A stretch of 59,310 bases of DNA from a virus (lineage: Duplodnaviria; Caudoviricetes), in the IMG/VR virus record IMGVR_UViG_3300048834_000244, positions 1 to 59,310 of that record; one strand, written 5' to 3'. The translations under genes were made by a program, and so were the position numbers. The notes under the pieces were generated by a model, which did no database searches, had not been told where the DNA came from, and was given only the letters and a program-made list of their open reading frames with translations. Positions 37,614 through 46,407 of this stretch are shown one piece after another. Within the stretch, counting starts at the first letter, position 1. Each line of letters starts with the position of its first letter.

Positions 37614-37999
37614 GGGCACCCGGTTATCACAGCCGCGCGTTTACGATCCGCAACGGTTCTATGCCGGAAGAAGCGCTGTTGAGGAGCGTTTGGCGATCAA
37701 CCCGGCGACCCCTCGGCTCTTGCCCGAACGCAATCTACCACAATGCCGCAGATTGGCAAAGTCAGGACGGCTGGACCGCTCGCTTCCCACCCCGGGTTGG
37801 TCAGCGGTTACAGGTGGTTCGCCTCAGCAGCATTCGCTGCCCACTGGCTCCCACTTCGCCGCACGACCTCACGGGCCTTAGCCTCGTCCGTCCGCCGTCC
37901 TGATTGCTGCGAGGCGGCGGCATCACGTCCGTCACTCCGCCTGTCGGGCATGGCGATCAGGCTTTCGCCCGTATCCCGATCAGCTGTAAGCGCCTCGCA
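37614..37999 (-). ncRNA. Three tandem candidate structured RNAs
   Basis: Closing inverted repeats 37762-37771/37894-37903 (10 bp) and 37908-37916/37991-37999 (9 bp), a weaker one at 37614-37725, and internal hairpins; no credible ORF. Confidence 0.45.
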
Positions 38000-38031
38000 T
38001 CTGTTGCCCGCCGTGGCGGGGAATCTGCTCG

Positions 38032-38250
38032 CTACCTCAGCGCAGCGTTCACATCCCTGAATGTGCAGCGGAGCAGCGCGGCTATCGTCGCGACGCCGAC
38101 GCCACGAGCGAATAGACGCCTGATCTCCGCGTAGAGCGGTTCGGGTCGCACGGGATGTCCTGATTTTTGGCAAAGCTTCGCAACAGGCCACTTGCGAAAG
38201 GTGGCATCAGGCCGGGCCTCTGGCCCCGTCGCCCGTATCGCAGCGGTCAA
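38032..38250 (-). CDS. Small HTH protein
   Basis: EIRRLFARGVGVATIAALLRC; AAGGGG RBS before TTG. Confidence 0.5.
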   Translation of the reverse strand: MTAAIRATGPEARPDATFRKWPVAKLCQKSGHPVRPEPLYAEIRRLFARGVGVATIAALLRCTFRDVNAALR

Positions 38251-38274
38251 ATTAACCCCTTCAAAGTTAATTGT

Positions 38275-38859
38275 CTAGGCCTGCGAACGCCTTTTCCCAG
38301 ATTGGATCAGAGATATGGTGCTTTCGTGCACACCGTACCTCGCCGCCGTCACCGCAATTCTTTCGTTCCCGCGCATCGATCTGATGGTCTGGATGTCATG
38401 GTTCGGGATTTTTGAAGTACGATACAAAGGCGCGACGCCACTCCCCCGCAACTTAGCGCCTTCCGCATGATTTTCGGCGCGAGATGCCCAATGCAGATGC
38501 CTTGGGTTGACACACCCCTGTCGCCCCTTCCCGCATATGTGCGCGGCCTCGTTTTTCCCTTTCGGCGGCTCACCGTGGGAAGCTATGCAGACGTACCTAT
38601 GGGCACCCATCACCTTGCCGTTGAATGAAACCTGCCCGTAACCATCCCGGGTTCTCGGCTTGAACTGCCAAAACACGCAATCATCGGTGCCAACTCGCTC
38701 AACCAACTCATCCAGCCAAGCGATGGCGGCGCCGGGCGAGCTATGCCCAGCAAGGGCGTCACCGTTGCGTTTCCATCGGAAATAATGGGATGTGCACCAC
38801 CCGCGGGCAAATACCGCCTTGCAGCACCCTAGAATCGAGCATGTCGGCTTGTCGGCCAT
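38275..38859 (-). CDS. HNH (His-Me finger) homing endonuclease
   Basis: CSILGC..ARGWCTSHY; AAHICGKGRQGCVNPRHL; flanked by TTAATTGTCT direct repeats. Confidence 0.9.
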   Translation of the reverse strand: MADKPTCSILGCCKAVFARGWCTSHYFRWKRNGDALAGHSSPGAAIAWLDELVERVGTDDCVFWQFKPRTRDGYGQVSFNGKVMGAHRYVCIASHGEPPKGKNEAAHICGKGRQGCVNPRHLHWASRAENHAEGAKLRGSGVAPLYRTSKIPNHDIQTIRSMRGNERIAVTAARYGVHESTISLIQSGKRRSQA

Positions 38860-38896
38860 TCTCCACTCCAGCCGTCTTCGTCACTTAATTGTCTGA

Positions 38897-38925
38897 TTCT
38901 GATGATTTTTCGCCTATTCCGCAAG
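38897..38925 (-). promoter_or_regulatory. Candidate late promoter (pR'-like)
   Basis: TTGCGG-17-CAGAAT immediately downstream of the antiterminator gene. Confidence 0.35.
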
Positions 38926-38936
38926 CTTCAATATCG

Positions 38937-39614
38937 TCAAGATGCGGCCTTCAAGAACTCATACGGGACCGTGATCGTCTCCGTAGCAGCGTCCAGCCCT
39001 TGAAGGATGACCTTGACATGATCCTGGTCTTCCCAAGCTGCCACGGTCGCGTCCCGTCCGACCTTATCACCCCAGATCAGCTTCACCTCTCGTCCCGCGA
39101 ATAGCTTCTTGCGCGCGTTCCTCGAAGCCAGTTTCACCTTTTCACGGGCGATGCGCTCCTCCGACTTGGACAGGCTGGCAGCCTTGGCCTGAGCCTCATC
39201 GCGACAGTTCGCCTCGAAAAGCCTGAGACGGAATAGGTCAACGGCGTTTACGGGGAATGGCCGGCCACCGAACGCCACTACGCCGCTCACACCACGAACA
39301 TCCATGAGACGCGGCCAATCTGCGTCCTCCAGATCGCCGACGAACATGTAGCCCTTGAGAAGCGGAAACCTGCGAAGCTCATACACTCCGCGCTTGTGCC
39401 TGTTGCGGACGACCGCGAATTCGGCCGGCATGTAGTAGGTAAACGCCGCGTCCTTCAGCGCCAGTTCCACGGCGGAATAGTCCGGGTTGATGCCTGAGGC
39501 TATCCGATAGCCCTTCCGACCGCCGACTGAATTCCCGTTCTCGTCTTCGCTCTCCGGCCAAAACTCCCGCTTCGGCTGCTGAGCGCCGGGCGTTGTGCGT
39601 ATCGCGTACCACAT
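38937..39614 (-). CDS. nusG: NusG-family transcription antiterminator (late regulator)
   Basis: WYAIRT start, PLLKGYMFV and VRGVSGVV NGN motifs, KOW-like C-terminus; occupies the lambda Q position. Confidence 0.85.
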   Translation of the reverse strand: MWYAIRTTPGAQQPKREFWPESEDENGNSVGGRKGYRIASGINPDYSAVELALKDAAFTYYMPAEFAVVRNRHKRGVYELRRFPLLKGYMFVGDLEDADWPRLMDVRGVSGVVAFGGRPFPVNAVDLFRLRLFEANCRDEAQAKAASLSKSEERIAREKVKLASRNARKKLFAGREVKLIWGDKVGRDATVAAWEDQDHVKVILQGLDAATETITVPYEFLKAAS

Positions 39615-39629
39615 CCACAGTCCCTTTTT

Positions 39630-39724
39630 TTGAGTTTCGCCGCCTGTTGTGCTATGTGCGGCATTGGATAGTTCGGGACTGATTTGGGCCGCTGCTGGCT
39701 TTAGCCGGTGGCGGTTTTTTCTTT
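39630..39724 (+). ncRNA. Candidate small antisense RNA (promoter plus terminator)
   Basis: TTGAGT-17-TATGTG with extended -10 TG; CCGCTGCTGGCT/AGCCGGTGGCGG stem followed by a T run at 39715-39724. Confidence 0.45.
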
Positions 39725-39726
39725 GC

Positions 39727-40002
39727 TCACATCAGCTTTGTGTACCCGGATGACTGGCGGCGGCCGGAGCCTATGGTGTGCGGGTCTGTCGCCTGCGTCG
39801 GCTTGACCATGCGTTTCGGTTTTGGCCCTGGCGGACGCGGCTTGGGGGCGACGATCTGGCGCGGCGCTACCCCGTTCCTCGCTGCAAGCTTGCGGACATA
39901 GCCAGGGTTGACCCCGTACTTGCGGCCTATGTCGGCCGAGTTTCCCCCGGCCCGGTAGGCTGCGATGATCTCGTTTCTTTCAGACTTGGTGAGGCGGGCC
40001 AT
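39727..40002 (-). CDS. HTH-domain protein
   Basis: SADIGRKYGVNPGYVRKL. Confidence 0.75.
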   Translation of the reverse strand: MARLTKSERNEIIAAYRAGGNSADIGRKYGVNPGYVRKLAARNGVAPRQIVAPKPRPPGPKPKRMVKPTQATDPHTIGSGRRQSSGYTKLM

Positions 40003-40445
40003 CAGCGAAGCCCCCTCACCTTGAGCGCATGCAACAAAGTCGTATGGTCTCTCTTGAACAGCCGGCCCAGCATGGGGAGCGACATTCCCGGATAACTCGT
40101 CGCCACAGCTGCAACCGCATCAAACCTAGCCTGAATAAGAGGCCGAGCGCGTGAAGGGCCAAGCACATCATCGACCGTAAATCCATGCCATGCCGCGACC
40201 CGGCCAATGAGATTGCGCGCATCGAACGGCGTGACGGGACGCGGCTTTGGGATAGCTCGTTCCAGCCGCAGGGCTTCCATCTCACGACGCTGTTCTGCCC
40301 GCCTTCTCGCTTCCGCCGCTTCGGCCTGCCTTCTCTCCCACTCCCGCGACGCAGCTATCAGCGCATCGCGACGTGGAGTGGCGCGACGTTCGCTTGCGAT
40401 GCGCTTGGCTCCAGCTTCGGTAAATCGTGATGATACAGCGAACAT
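40002..40445 (-). CDS. DnaA C-terminal-like HTH protein
   Basis: SLPMLGRLFKRDHTTLLHA (DnaA domain IV signature). Confidence 0.85.
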   Translation of the reverse strand: MFAVSSRFTEAGAKRIASERRATPRRDALIAASREWERRQAEAAEARRRAEQRREMEALRLERAIPKPRPVTPFDARNLIGRVAAWHGFTVDDVLGPSRARPLIQARFDAVAAVATSYPGMSLPMLGRLFKRDHTTLLHALKVRGLR

Positions 40446-40457
40446 CGGGGCCGCCTG

Positions 40458-40679
40458 CTACTTGCTCGAAACACGGCGATACGCGGCGTCCGCGTCGATC
40501 ACGGCCTGAATGATCAGGATGGTCAGGCTCCTTCCGGCGTCTGCCTTCGCTTCCTCCCGCACCAATTCTTGAAGCGCGAAAATCTCATCATCACTCAATG
40601 CTTGGGTAATCTTGTCGGAGGCGACCAATGCCTCATGAGCCCAGTTGCAGATGTCCACGTAGTTATTCTGTAGTGACAT
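40458..40679 (-). CDS. Hypothetical protein
   Basis: TAATG-coupled to the helicase; GGAGG RBS. Confidence 0.65.
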   Translation of the reverse strand: MSLQNNYVDICNWAHEALVASDKITQALSDDEIFALQELVREEAKADAGRSLTILIIQAVIDADAAYRRVSSK

Positions 40680-42214
40680 TATGCTGCCTCCGCGTTGCTA
40701 GTGATTTTCCATAGCGGGGTTATGCCGCCCATGCCGCGATAGCCTTCGACTTCAGGAAGATATTCGAGCGTGACGTCGCCCTTCCGGCCCGACCACGAAA
40801 ATCTCGCCTTCTTGACCCAAACGACCGTCTCGTTCTGGACCGGATTTGGGACATCGATCACCACGCCATGATCCGGCTTGTTGAACCACGCGGCAGAGCC
40901 CTCGCAATCGTACAGCGTCGGGACCCGGCTATTGCCGTCCTTGCCGACTTCCTTCGTGGGGTGCACGACGACGATGGCGAGGACGTCGTACCGGAGGGCA
41001 AACCGCCTGATGCTGCGGAGTGCGCGATTGACGTATTGCGTTTCGCTCTCACCCTTCGGCCTGGCATGCTCGACCTCATTCCACGGATCGATCACCAGGA
41101 CCTTGATCCCGTCACGCAGCACGGCATCTGCGGCGCGATCCAGCAGCCACTCCAGCGTCAAGTCTTCGTCGCCACCGCCAGTCGGGTCATCATCAATGAA
41201 AACGAAATGCTCCTGAATGAACCCGTCTGCCTCTTCGATCATCTGGCGGTGCCAGCGCTCCTTGCCGGCTCCTGTAACCGCCAGCCTCAGCTTGAAGCGC
41301 AGCGCCGGGACCGTGGGGATCTCGAATGAGGCCACCGCGCAAACCCAGCCATGCGCGCGAGCCAGATTGACACAGAGGTTCATCACCCAGGTTGACTTGC
41401 CGTGACCGGGTATGCCCGTCACCACCATCAGTTCACCCAGCCACGGTTTCAGACAATCATCGAGTTCTGGCCAGCCCGTGGAGTACGTCCGAGGCTCGCC
41501 CGTGTCCGGATAGTCGCTGAGGCGATAGAGACCTTTCACCGGGTAAGGACGGGCCTCATTCAGACACTTCGTCACAGCATCGCGCCCGTGCTTCATCAGC
41601 ACGTCGTTGAGGTCCTTGCAGCCCTCCGGATAGACCACGAACATGCATCGAGAAGCAGACAGGCGCCGCTTCAGTTCTGCGGCAAGCCGCCGGCCCGGAC
41701 CATCACTATCGACCGCCAGAATGAAGCGCTTGATGCGCTTGATGCGGTCGCGGTTGTTCCAGACGAACTCGAATTTCCCATCCCGTTCACGCTCAGGGTC
41801 TGCCTCGGCCAGCTCCTCCGGGTCTTCCCCATCGCGTACTGCCGGCGCACCATCCGGCACCGAGACGGTAAGCGGGAAACCGCAATCAATCGCCGTGATG
41901 GCATCGATCTCGCCCTCGGTGATAATCAGCGGGTAATGATCCAATGCCGGGTCATCGAGAACGTCTGCGTTCCAGAAGGTGCGGCGACCATCCTTTCGCT
42001 GCCAGAATTTCTTGCCTGCGGCTCGGTACTTCTCGGCTACAATCGAACCGCGTTCGATGAAGGGGAACACGACGATGTTGCCGTTCTCGTCCGGCACGAC
42101 GTGCGATTCCCCATCCTCTCCAGTCACCGATCTACCGGTATAGATGCTCAAGCGGACGACGGTTTCGGGGTCGATGCCTCGCGACTGGAGCGCCTTCAGT
42201 GCGAAATTCCCCAC
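40679..42214 (-). CDS. TOPRIM primase / DnaB-like helicase (Twinkle/T7 gp4-like), lacking its Zn-binding domain
   Basis: ITEGEIDA, DSDGPG and KDLND motifs; Walker A GIPGHGKS; VIDPWN; start uncertain (GTG 42214). Confidence 0.9.
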   Translation of the reverse strand: MGNFALKALQSRGIDPETVVRLSIYTGRSVTGEDGESHVVPDENGNIVVFPFIERGSIVAEKYRAAGKKFWQRKDGRRTFWNADVLDDPALDHYPLIITEGEIDAITAIDCGFPLTVSVPDGAPAVRDGEDPEELAEADPERERDGKFEFVWNNRDRIKRIKRFILAVDSDGPGRRLAAELKRRLSASRCMFVVYPEGCKDLNDVLMKHGRDAVTKCLNEARPYPVKGLYRLSDYPDTGEPRTYSTGWPELDDCLKPWLGELMVVTGIPGHGKSTWVMNLCVNLARAHGWVCAVASFEIPTVPALRFKLRLAVTGAGKERWHRQMIEEADGFIQEHFVFIDDDPTGGGDEDLTLEWLLDRAADAVLRDGIKVLVIDPWNEVEHARPKGESETQYVNRALRSIRRFALRYDVLAIVVVHPTKEVGKDGNSRVPTLYDCEGSAAWFNKPDHGVVIDVPNPVQNETVVWVKKARFSWSGRKGDVTLEYLPEVEGYRGMGGITPLWKITSNAEAA

Positions 42215-42416
42215 CCTCGTAGTATTCTCCACCGTGCCAGCCGCAATGGTGGCAGTTGAATCGAACCCCGAGCCGGCCGATCTCGACGGAAAGGCAAGGC
42301 TCTCGTTTATTGCGCCGGGTGTGCGAACATCTGGGGCAGGTTGATTTCTGGTTTCCGTCGACATGGCGCTTGAGTATGATTCCGTTGGCGTTCAGGATTT
42401 CGGCGGCGGTTTTCAT
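42132..42416 (-). CDS. Stand-alone primase zinc-binding domain
   Basis: CPRCS...PCLSV...NCHHCGW. Confidence 0.85.
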   Translation of the reverse strand: MKTAAEILNANGIILKRHVDGNQKSTCPRCSHTRRNKREPCLSVEIGRLGVRFNCHHCGWHGGEYYEGGEFRTEGAPVARHRPRNRRPLEHLYR

Positions 42417-43129
42417 ATCCGTGGGTCCGGCGCCAACCGCCGATCCATCGCCTTCGGGATCGACGCCAAATGGATGCGGCTCACGATTTCGCGCTCTTTT
42501 TTCGCCAAGCTGTTCGAGACCGCCCGGAACCAGTTACCGCCCCCGGCCTTCACTTCGCCGGCCCACAGGTCGAGCGATAGCAATTCCGCCTCCAGCGACA
42601 GATGGGCGTAGGATGATCGCCACTGGTTCAAATCCTTGCCAGTCAGCTTGATCGTTTGCCCGCTGAATGCGTACCGATCATCCCCGACGAAGCCGGCGTC
42701 AGCCGGTTCTTGGTTGATGATATTCTCTGTCTTCTCAGAACTATCTTCTAATTCTGGTTCTGGTTCTGTATGGTCGAACCGTGGAGATTCTATCTCCTTG
42801 ATTTTGTTAGGCCTGCTTCTGTTTTCACGTTGTTTATCTTGAAGTTTCGTGAGAGTTTCGATCTCCGAAAGTGCGCGATAATTCGTCAGAAACTCTCCGA
42901 TCACCACAAGCTTACCGGCCTGGATCAGCGTTTCGCGAACAGCTTTCCACTTTCGGACCGAGCATCCAAGAAGCCCGGAAAGGTAGCGTGGATCGTCTGG
43001 AAGATTGCCCGCCTGCATGTAGATCAGGTCGAGAATTACGCGATACGCGCACTTCACCTCGAATGGCATCCCGATTGTGCCTTCGATGAAATCGCGAGGG
43101 TACGCTTTGTAGTAAGGGAGTCCGTTCAT
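42413..43129 (-). CDS. Replication initiator-like protein (DUF1376/YdaU)
   Basis: LPYYKAYPRDFIEGT..AYRVILDLIY N-terminal motif. Confidence 0.8.
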   Translation of the reverse strand: MNGLPYYKAYPRDFIEGTIGMPFEVKCAYRVILDLIYMQAGNLPDDPRYLSGLLGCSVRKWKAVRETLIQAGKLVVIGEFLTNYRALSEIETLTKLQDKQRENRSRPNKIKEIESPRFDHTEPEPELEDSSEKTENIINQEPADAGFVGDDRYAFSGQTIKLTGKDLNQWRSSYAHLSLEAELLSLDLWAGEVKAGGGNWFRAVSNSLAKKEREIVSRIHLASIPKAMDRRLAPDPRI

Positions 43130-43317
43130 CTTACCTCGCTCCAGTAGCTTTCAGGCAGAGAGGCGACCGCCTTGCCTACCTCGTCCCAGTCAACTTCGTT
43201 GCACTCACAATCGAGCGGAGACACGCCATTCGTTCGCAAGATGAACAAATGGTCTCTCAGCGCCTGCCGCCCTTCTGGCGTCGTCGGCAATCTCATGATC
43301 GTAGGTCGCTGCGTCAT
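43126..43317 (-). CDS. Hypothetical protein
   Basis: ATGA-coupled; AAGGAG RBS. Confidence 0.6.
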   Translation of the reverse strand: MTQRPTIMRLPTTPEGRQALRDHLFILRTNGVSPLDCECNEVDWDEVGKAVASLPESYWSEVR

Positions 43318-43613
43318 GGCTTCGCTTGCTCCTTGCCAACTATCGCCAGCGGCCGATCAAGAGGGTCGCCAGATGAGAAATTGAGGAAGGTTCGCCATGC
43401 GCGACGAGCCTTGAGCCCGTCGTGAAAGTCGCCAGTGTGGTGTGCCCGCTCCTTCGCAACAAGGAACGCTTCCCACGCCTCGCGAGCCCGCTCGTTGATG
43501 TCGATGATGTCGGCGCTCAATGCCGTTCTCCACAGATTGCGGAAACGCGGCCTCTCACATACGACGCCATAGAATTCCTGGGGTGCAATTCGTGTCTTCC
43601 AGCCAGTTTCCAC
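43314..43613 (-). CDS. Hypothetical protein (start uncertain)
   Basis: In-operon ORF. Confidence 0.5.
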   Translation of the reverse strand: METGWKTRIAPQEFYGVVCERPRFRNLWRTALSADIIDINERAREAWEAFLVAKERAHHTGDFHDGLKARRAWRTFLNFSSGDPLDRPLAIVGKEQAKP

Positions 43614-43638
43614 AGGCTGTGAACAACGCGGAGGATCA

Positions 43639-44013
43639 TCACCGAACTACCTCCACATCAATGCCCTTGAGCACGCGCATCATCTTGCGCTTGAGCTTGA
43701 AGGCCTCGGTTTCGGGCGCACCCTTTACGTCTATGACGCGCAAGCGGCCCTGCTCATGGTCGAAGAATGCAGCGTCCGCGACGTAGACGCAGATCACCTC
43801 CCCGGTGGGCCCCAGGAGCGGAAACCGCTTCTGCAATTCGAGGCCGCCTATCCTGCCGGCCTTCTCAAGCTGGATCAGTTCCTCGCAGTAGGCAGCCTCG
43901 CGCTTGGACGCGTACCGCCGTCCGTCCACCACAATGGGTTCGTTTCGGAATTTCTTCGGCTTCTCAGTCTTTGACTTGCCAGCCCGGTATTCGGCGGCGG
44001 ACATGCGGGTCAT
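43639..44013 (-). CDS. DUF1064-family PD-(D/E)xK nuclease
   Basis: SKREA, YVADA and IDVKG motifs. Confidence 0.85.
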   Translation of the reverse strand: MTRMSAAEYRAGKSKTEKPKKFRNEPIVVDGRRYASKREAAYCEELIQLEKAGRIGGLELQKRFPLLGPTGEVICVYVADAAFFDHEQGRLRVIDVKGAPETEAFKLKRKMMRVLKGIDVEVVR

Positions 44014-44225
44014 GCGAGTTGCGCCTCCCGCTTCGTCGTCTTCGTCGCGAGGGCCGACTTCGCCCCGCGACTGGTGTTCTTTCCGAGATTTGGAATCCAC
44101 CCCGGCGGGGCCATGGTGACGGCCCAATCGCCGGGCTTCAGAGGATAGCCGGGGACCATCGTCCAGCCGTCCGCAATGCGGGCGGAAAAGAGCTTGAGCG
44201 GAACGAGTTCTATCGAGAGCGTCAT
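44010..44225 (-). CDS. Hypothetical protein
   Basis: Coupled on both sides. Confidence 0.55.
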   Translation of the reverse strand: MTLSIELVPLKLFSARIADGWTMVPGYPLKPGDWAVTMAPPGWIPNLGKNTSRGAKSALATKTTKREAQLA

Positions 44226-44533
44226 CAGTAGCCCCGATCTGGAACGTAGAGGCAAATGGAACGGATGGCGTCGATCACTCCGCCGGGTGTGCATTGATGA
44301 AAGAACTCGTCCTTGGAGAGCTTTATGCGCACGTCGCTGTACGGGATGATCTCGCCCGTCAGCTTGATGCGATACCCAACCGGGCCTTCCTCCACTTCGC
44401 TGCCGGCGAGTTGCCTACAGTCCTGATTGGAGCAGCACTCCCATCCATAGCGCCAGCCTGTCGGCGCTTCGTGGGCCATCACAGGCAGCACAACCGCCGC
44501 CGAAAGGGCTAAGGAGGTGAGCGCGCGGATCAT
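44225..44533 (-). CDS. Secreted Cys-rich hypothetical protein
   Basis: Signal peptide; HEAPTGWRY..CC..DC motif. Confidence 0.75.
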   Translation of the reverse strand: MIRALTSLALSAAVVLPVMAHEAPTGWRYGWECCSNQDCRQLAGSEVEEGPVGYRIKLTGEIIPYSDVRIKLSKDEFFHQCTPGGVIDAIRSICLYVPDRGY

Positions 44534-45312
44534 GCGGCACTCCCAAAGATGTCTGCTTGTTTGGCTTCGGGATTGCGCGACGCCTCAACGAACATGTCGG
44601 GCTGGGCATAGGCCTTTTCGATGCGCTTGCAGGCGATGTCGAAATAGCCCTCGTCGATCTCGATGCCGATGAATGAACAACCGGCGCGTACGGCAGCAAC
44701 GCCGGTCGTGCCGGAGCCCATGTAAGGATCAAGAACGACGCCGCTGCAGACGCCAGCCTGCGCGAGCGTCCAATTCATGACCATCTCGGGCTTTTGTGTC
44801 GGATGAAGTCTTTGTTGGCCCGCCGTCACCTCGTGACGCGCACCGACTCCGACGCAGAGACCATCCCACAGAAGACGTAAAATACGCAGTGGCCGTGGGT
44901 CAGCGTCATTGATCCATGCTGCTTCGCCGTCGCCCTGATCCCGGACTTTTCCGGTCGGCACCTTGTCCCAAACCAGCCATGACCCTGCCGGTAACCGGTC
45001 AGCAAATTTGTGAGCTCCCCACATTACGATGCGCGGAGCCACCTGCAGCCATGGCTTAGGGTCAAAGGGCTTATCGTCGCCATGCACGGGCCGATGCACT
45101 TTAGGGCGCACGACCAGCGTCTTTCCGTTTCGCTGGACAACGGCATTGTTGCGTTTTCCGCCCGAGTGGAACGTATTGACCTTGTAGTTCTGCCCATACG
45201 GCGGGTCCGTCACCACCGCATCGACCTCGCCGAGCAGCGGCAGCACCTGAAGGCAATCGCCGAGATACAATTCGCAGGAGCCGATCACTTCCTTTCTACT
45301 CCACGCCGTCAT
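44530..45312 (-). CDS. DNA amino-methyltransferase (beta class, N4-C/N6-A)
   Basis: VTDPPY before HPTQKP and DPYMGSGTT. Confidence 0.92.
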   Translation of the reverse strand: MTAWSRKEVIGSCELYLGDCLQVLPLLGEVDAVVTDPPYGQNYKVNTFHSGGKRNNAVVQRNGKTLVVRPKVHRPVHGDDKPFDPKPWLQVAPRIVMWGAHKFADRLPAGSWLVWDKVPTGKVRDQGDGEAAWINDADPRPLRILRLLWDGLCVGVGARHEVTAGQQRLHPTQKPEMVMNWTLAQAGVCSGVVLDPYMGSGTTGVAAVRAGCSFIGIEIDEGYFDIACKRIEKAYAQPDMFVEASRNPEAKQADIFGSAA

Positions 45313-46034
45313 GATGCGACCCCTGACAGCGGACGCTTGTGCAAACGTTCGCAAGTACGGCAGACACGAGAGCCCGTCTTGTTCACCCGCAAATTGTCCC
45401 CGGAAAGGGGGTGCCCTCTAAGGCAATGCGTCAATTCTTTCCGGCGCTTAGCCGCTGCGACTATGCCTCGCTCTCTGACGTGCTCGGGAACGGGTCTTGA
45501 CTTTCCGCGGATCGATGCCTGGTAACAGGCGCGAGAGCAGAACCTGTTGTGTCCCTTGATGATATCGCGGCGCTTTCGCCAGAATTGATCTCCGCACTGT
45601 TGGCAAGAGAAGGTGTCCCCCGAGCGGATCGCCTCTGCCACTCTCCGACGACGCTCCTCCGTCCACTCTGTGCCGGAGCCCCCCAGACCTCCATCGGTGA
45701 CGTTCAGCAGATCATCGTATTGAGAGACCCAGTAACGTTCGCGCTCAGCCCTAGTCGCAGGAATATCTGCGCACTTCTCCAGCACGATTACGCTGAAACC
45801 ACTGCCCCTTTCGGAGATCCAGCGATGCACCGGAAGCGGGCTTCCCGCACGCGCGTCTAGGATATGGCCGCGCATTCGAAGCCGAAGGGACTGACTAGTG
45901 CTCCCAATATAAACCGGAGAGCCGCCATCAAAGGGCGCAATGGCGTATATGACGGCAGTACGCTCATCCCCGACGAACCTGATGCGGACGCCGGAGCAGT
46001 CGCCGATGGTGACGTCTTTGCGGATCGGGCTCAT
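45309..46034 (-). CDS. GIY-YIG homing endonuclease
   Basis: VIY...VYIGST..RMRGH..E..LLN core; C-terminal HCLRGH..CRTC motif. Confidence 0.85.
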   Translation of the reverse strand: MSPIRKDVTIGDCSGVRIRFVGDERTAVIYAIAPFDGGSPVYIGSTSQSLRLRMRGHILDARAGSPLPVHRWISERGSGFSVIVLEKCADIPATRAERERYWVSQYDDLLNVTDGGLGGSGTEWTEERRRRVAEAIRSGDTFSCQQCGDQFWRKRRDIIKGHNRFCSRACYQASIRGKSRPVPEHVRERGIVAAAKRRKELTHCLRGHPLSGDNLRVNKTGSRVCRTCERLHKRPLSGVAS

Positions 46035-46039
46035 CGAAG

Positions 46040-46396
46040 CTACTCAGCCGCCTCCTTGAGTTTCTCGGGTTCGGCTTCGACCGCATCCTGATCGCCAGAG
46101 GCTGCTAGGTTGCGCTCAAGTTCCGCACCGATATCGACCGCCGACTTTTCAATGAGTTCGATTGACGGCCGCTCCAGCGCGTCGATCTGGGCCTTTCTGC
46201 CTTCAATCGAGAGCAGAAGCCGACGCTTCTGGTCCTCCAGCCGGAGGATGCTGCCCTCGGTCATGGTGAGTTCTTCATTCAGGCTGCTGAGCGCCGTGAT
46301 GGCCTGATCGCGCTCGCGCTGATCGACGGGCTTCGGCGGTACGGTCCTGATAGCCGCCGGCTGCGGCGCTGGCTTCTTTCGGAAGAATGAGAGCAT
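46040..46396 (-). CDS. Coiled-coil hypothetical protein
   Basis: GAGGG RBS; ends EAAE. Confidence 0.65.
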   Translation of the reverse strand: MLSFFRKKPAPQPAAIRTVPPKPVDQRERDQAITALSSLNEELTMTEGSILRLEDQKRRLLLSIEGRKAQIDALERPSIELIEKSAVDIGAELERNLAASGDQDAVEAEPEKLKEAAE

Positions 46397-46407
46397 GGGT
46401 GTCGCCC

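Noticed and set aside
37614-37999. Canonical tRNA genes
   Set aside because: No GTTCRA T-loop or standard cloverleaf spacing seen on either strand; kept only as candidate ncRNAs.
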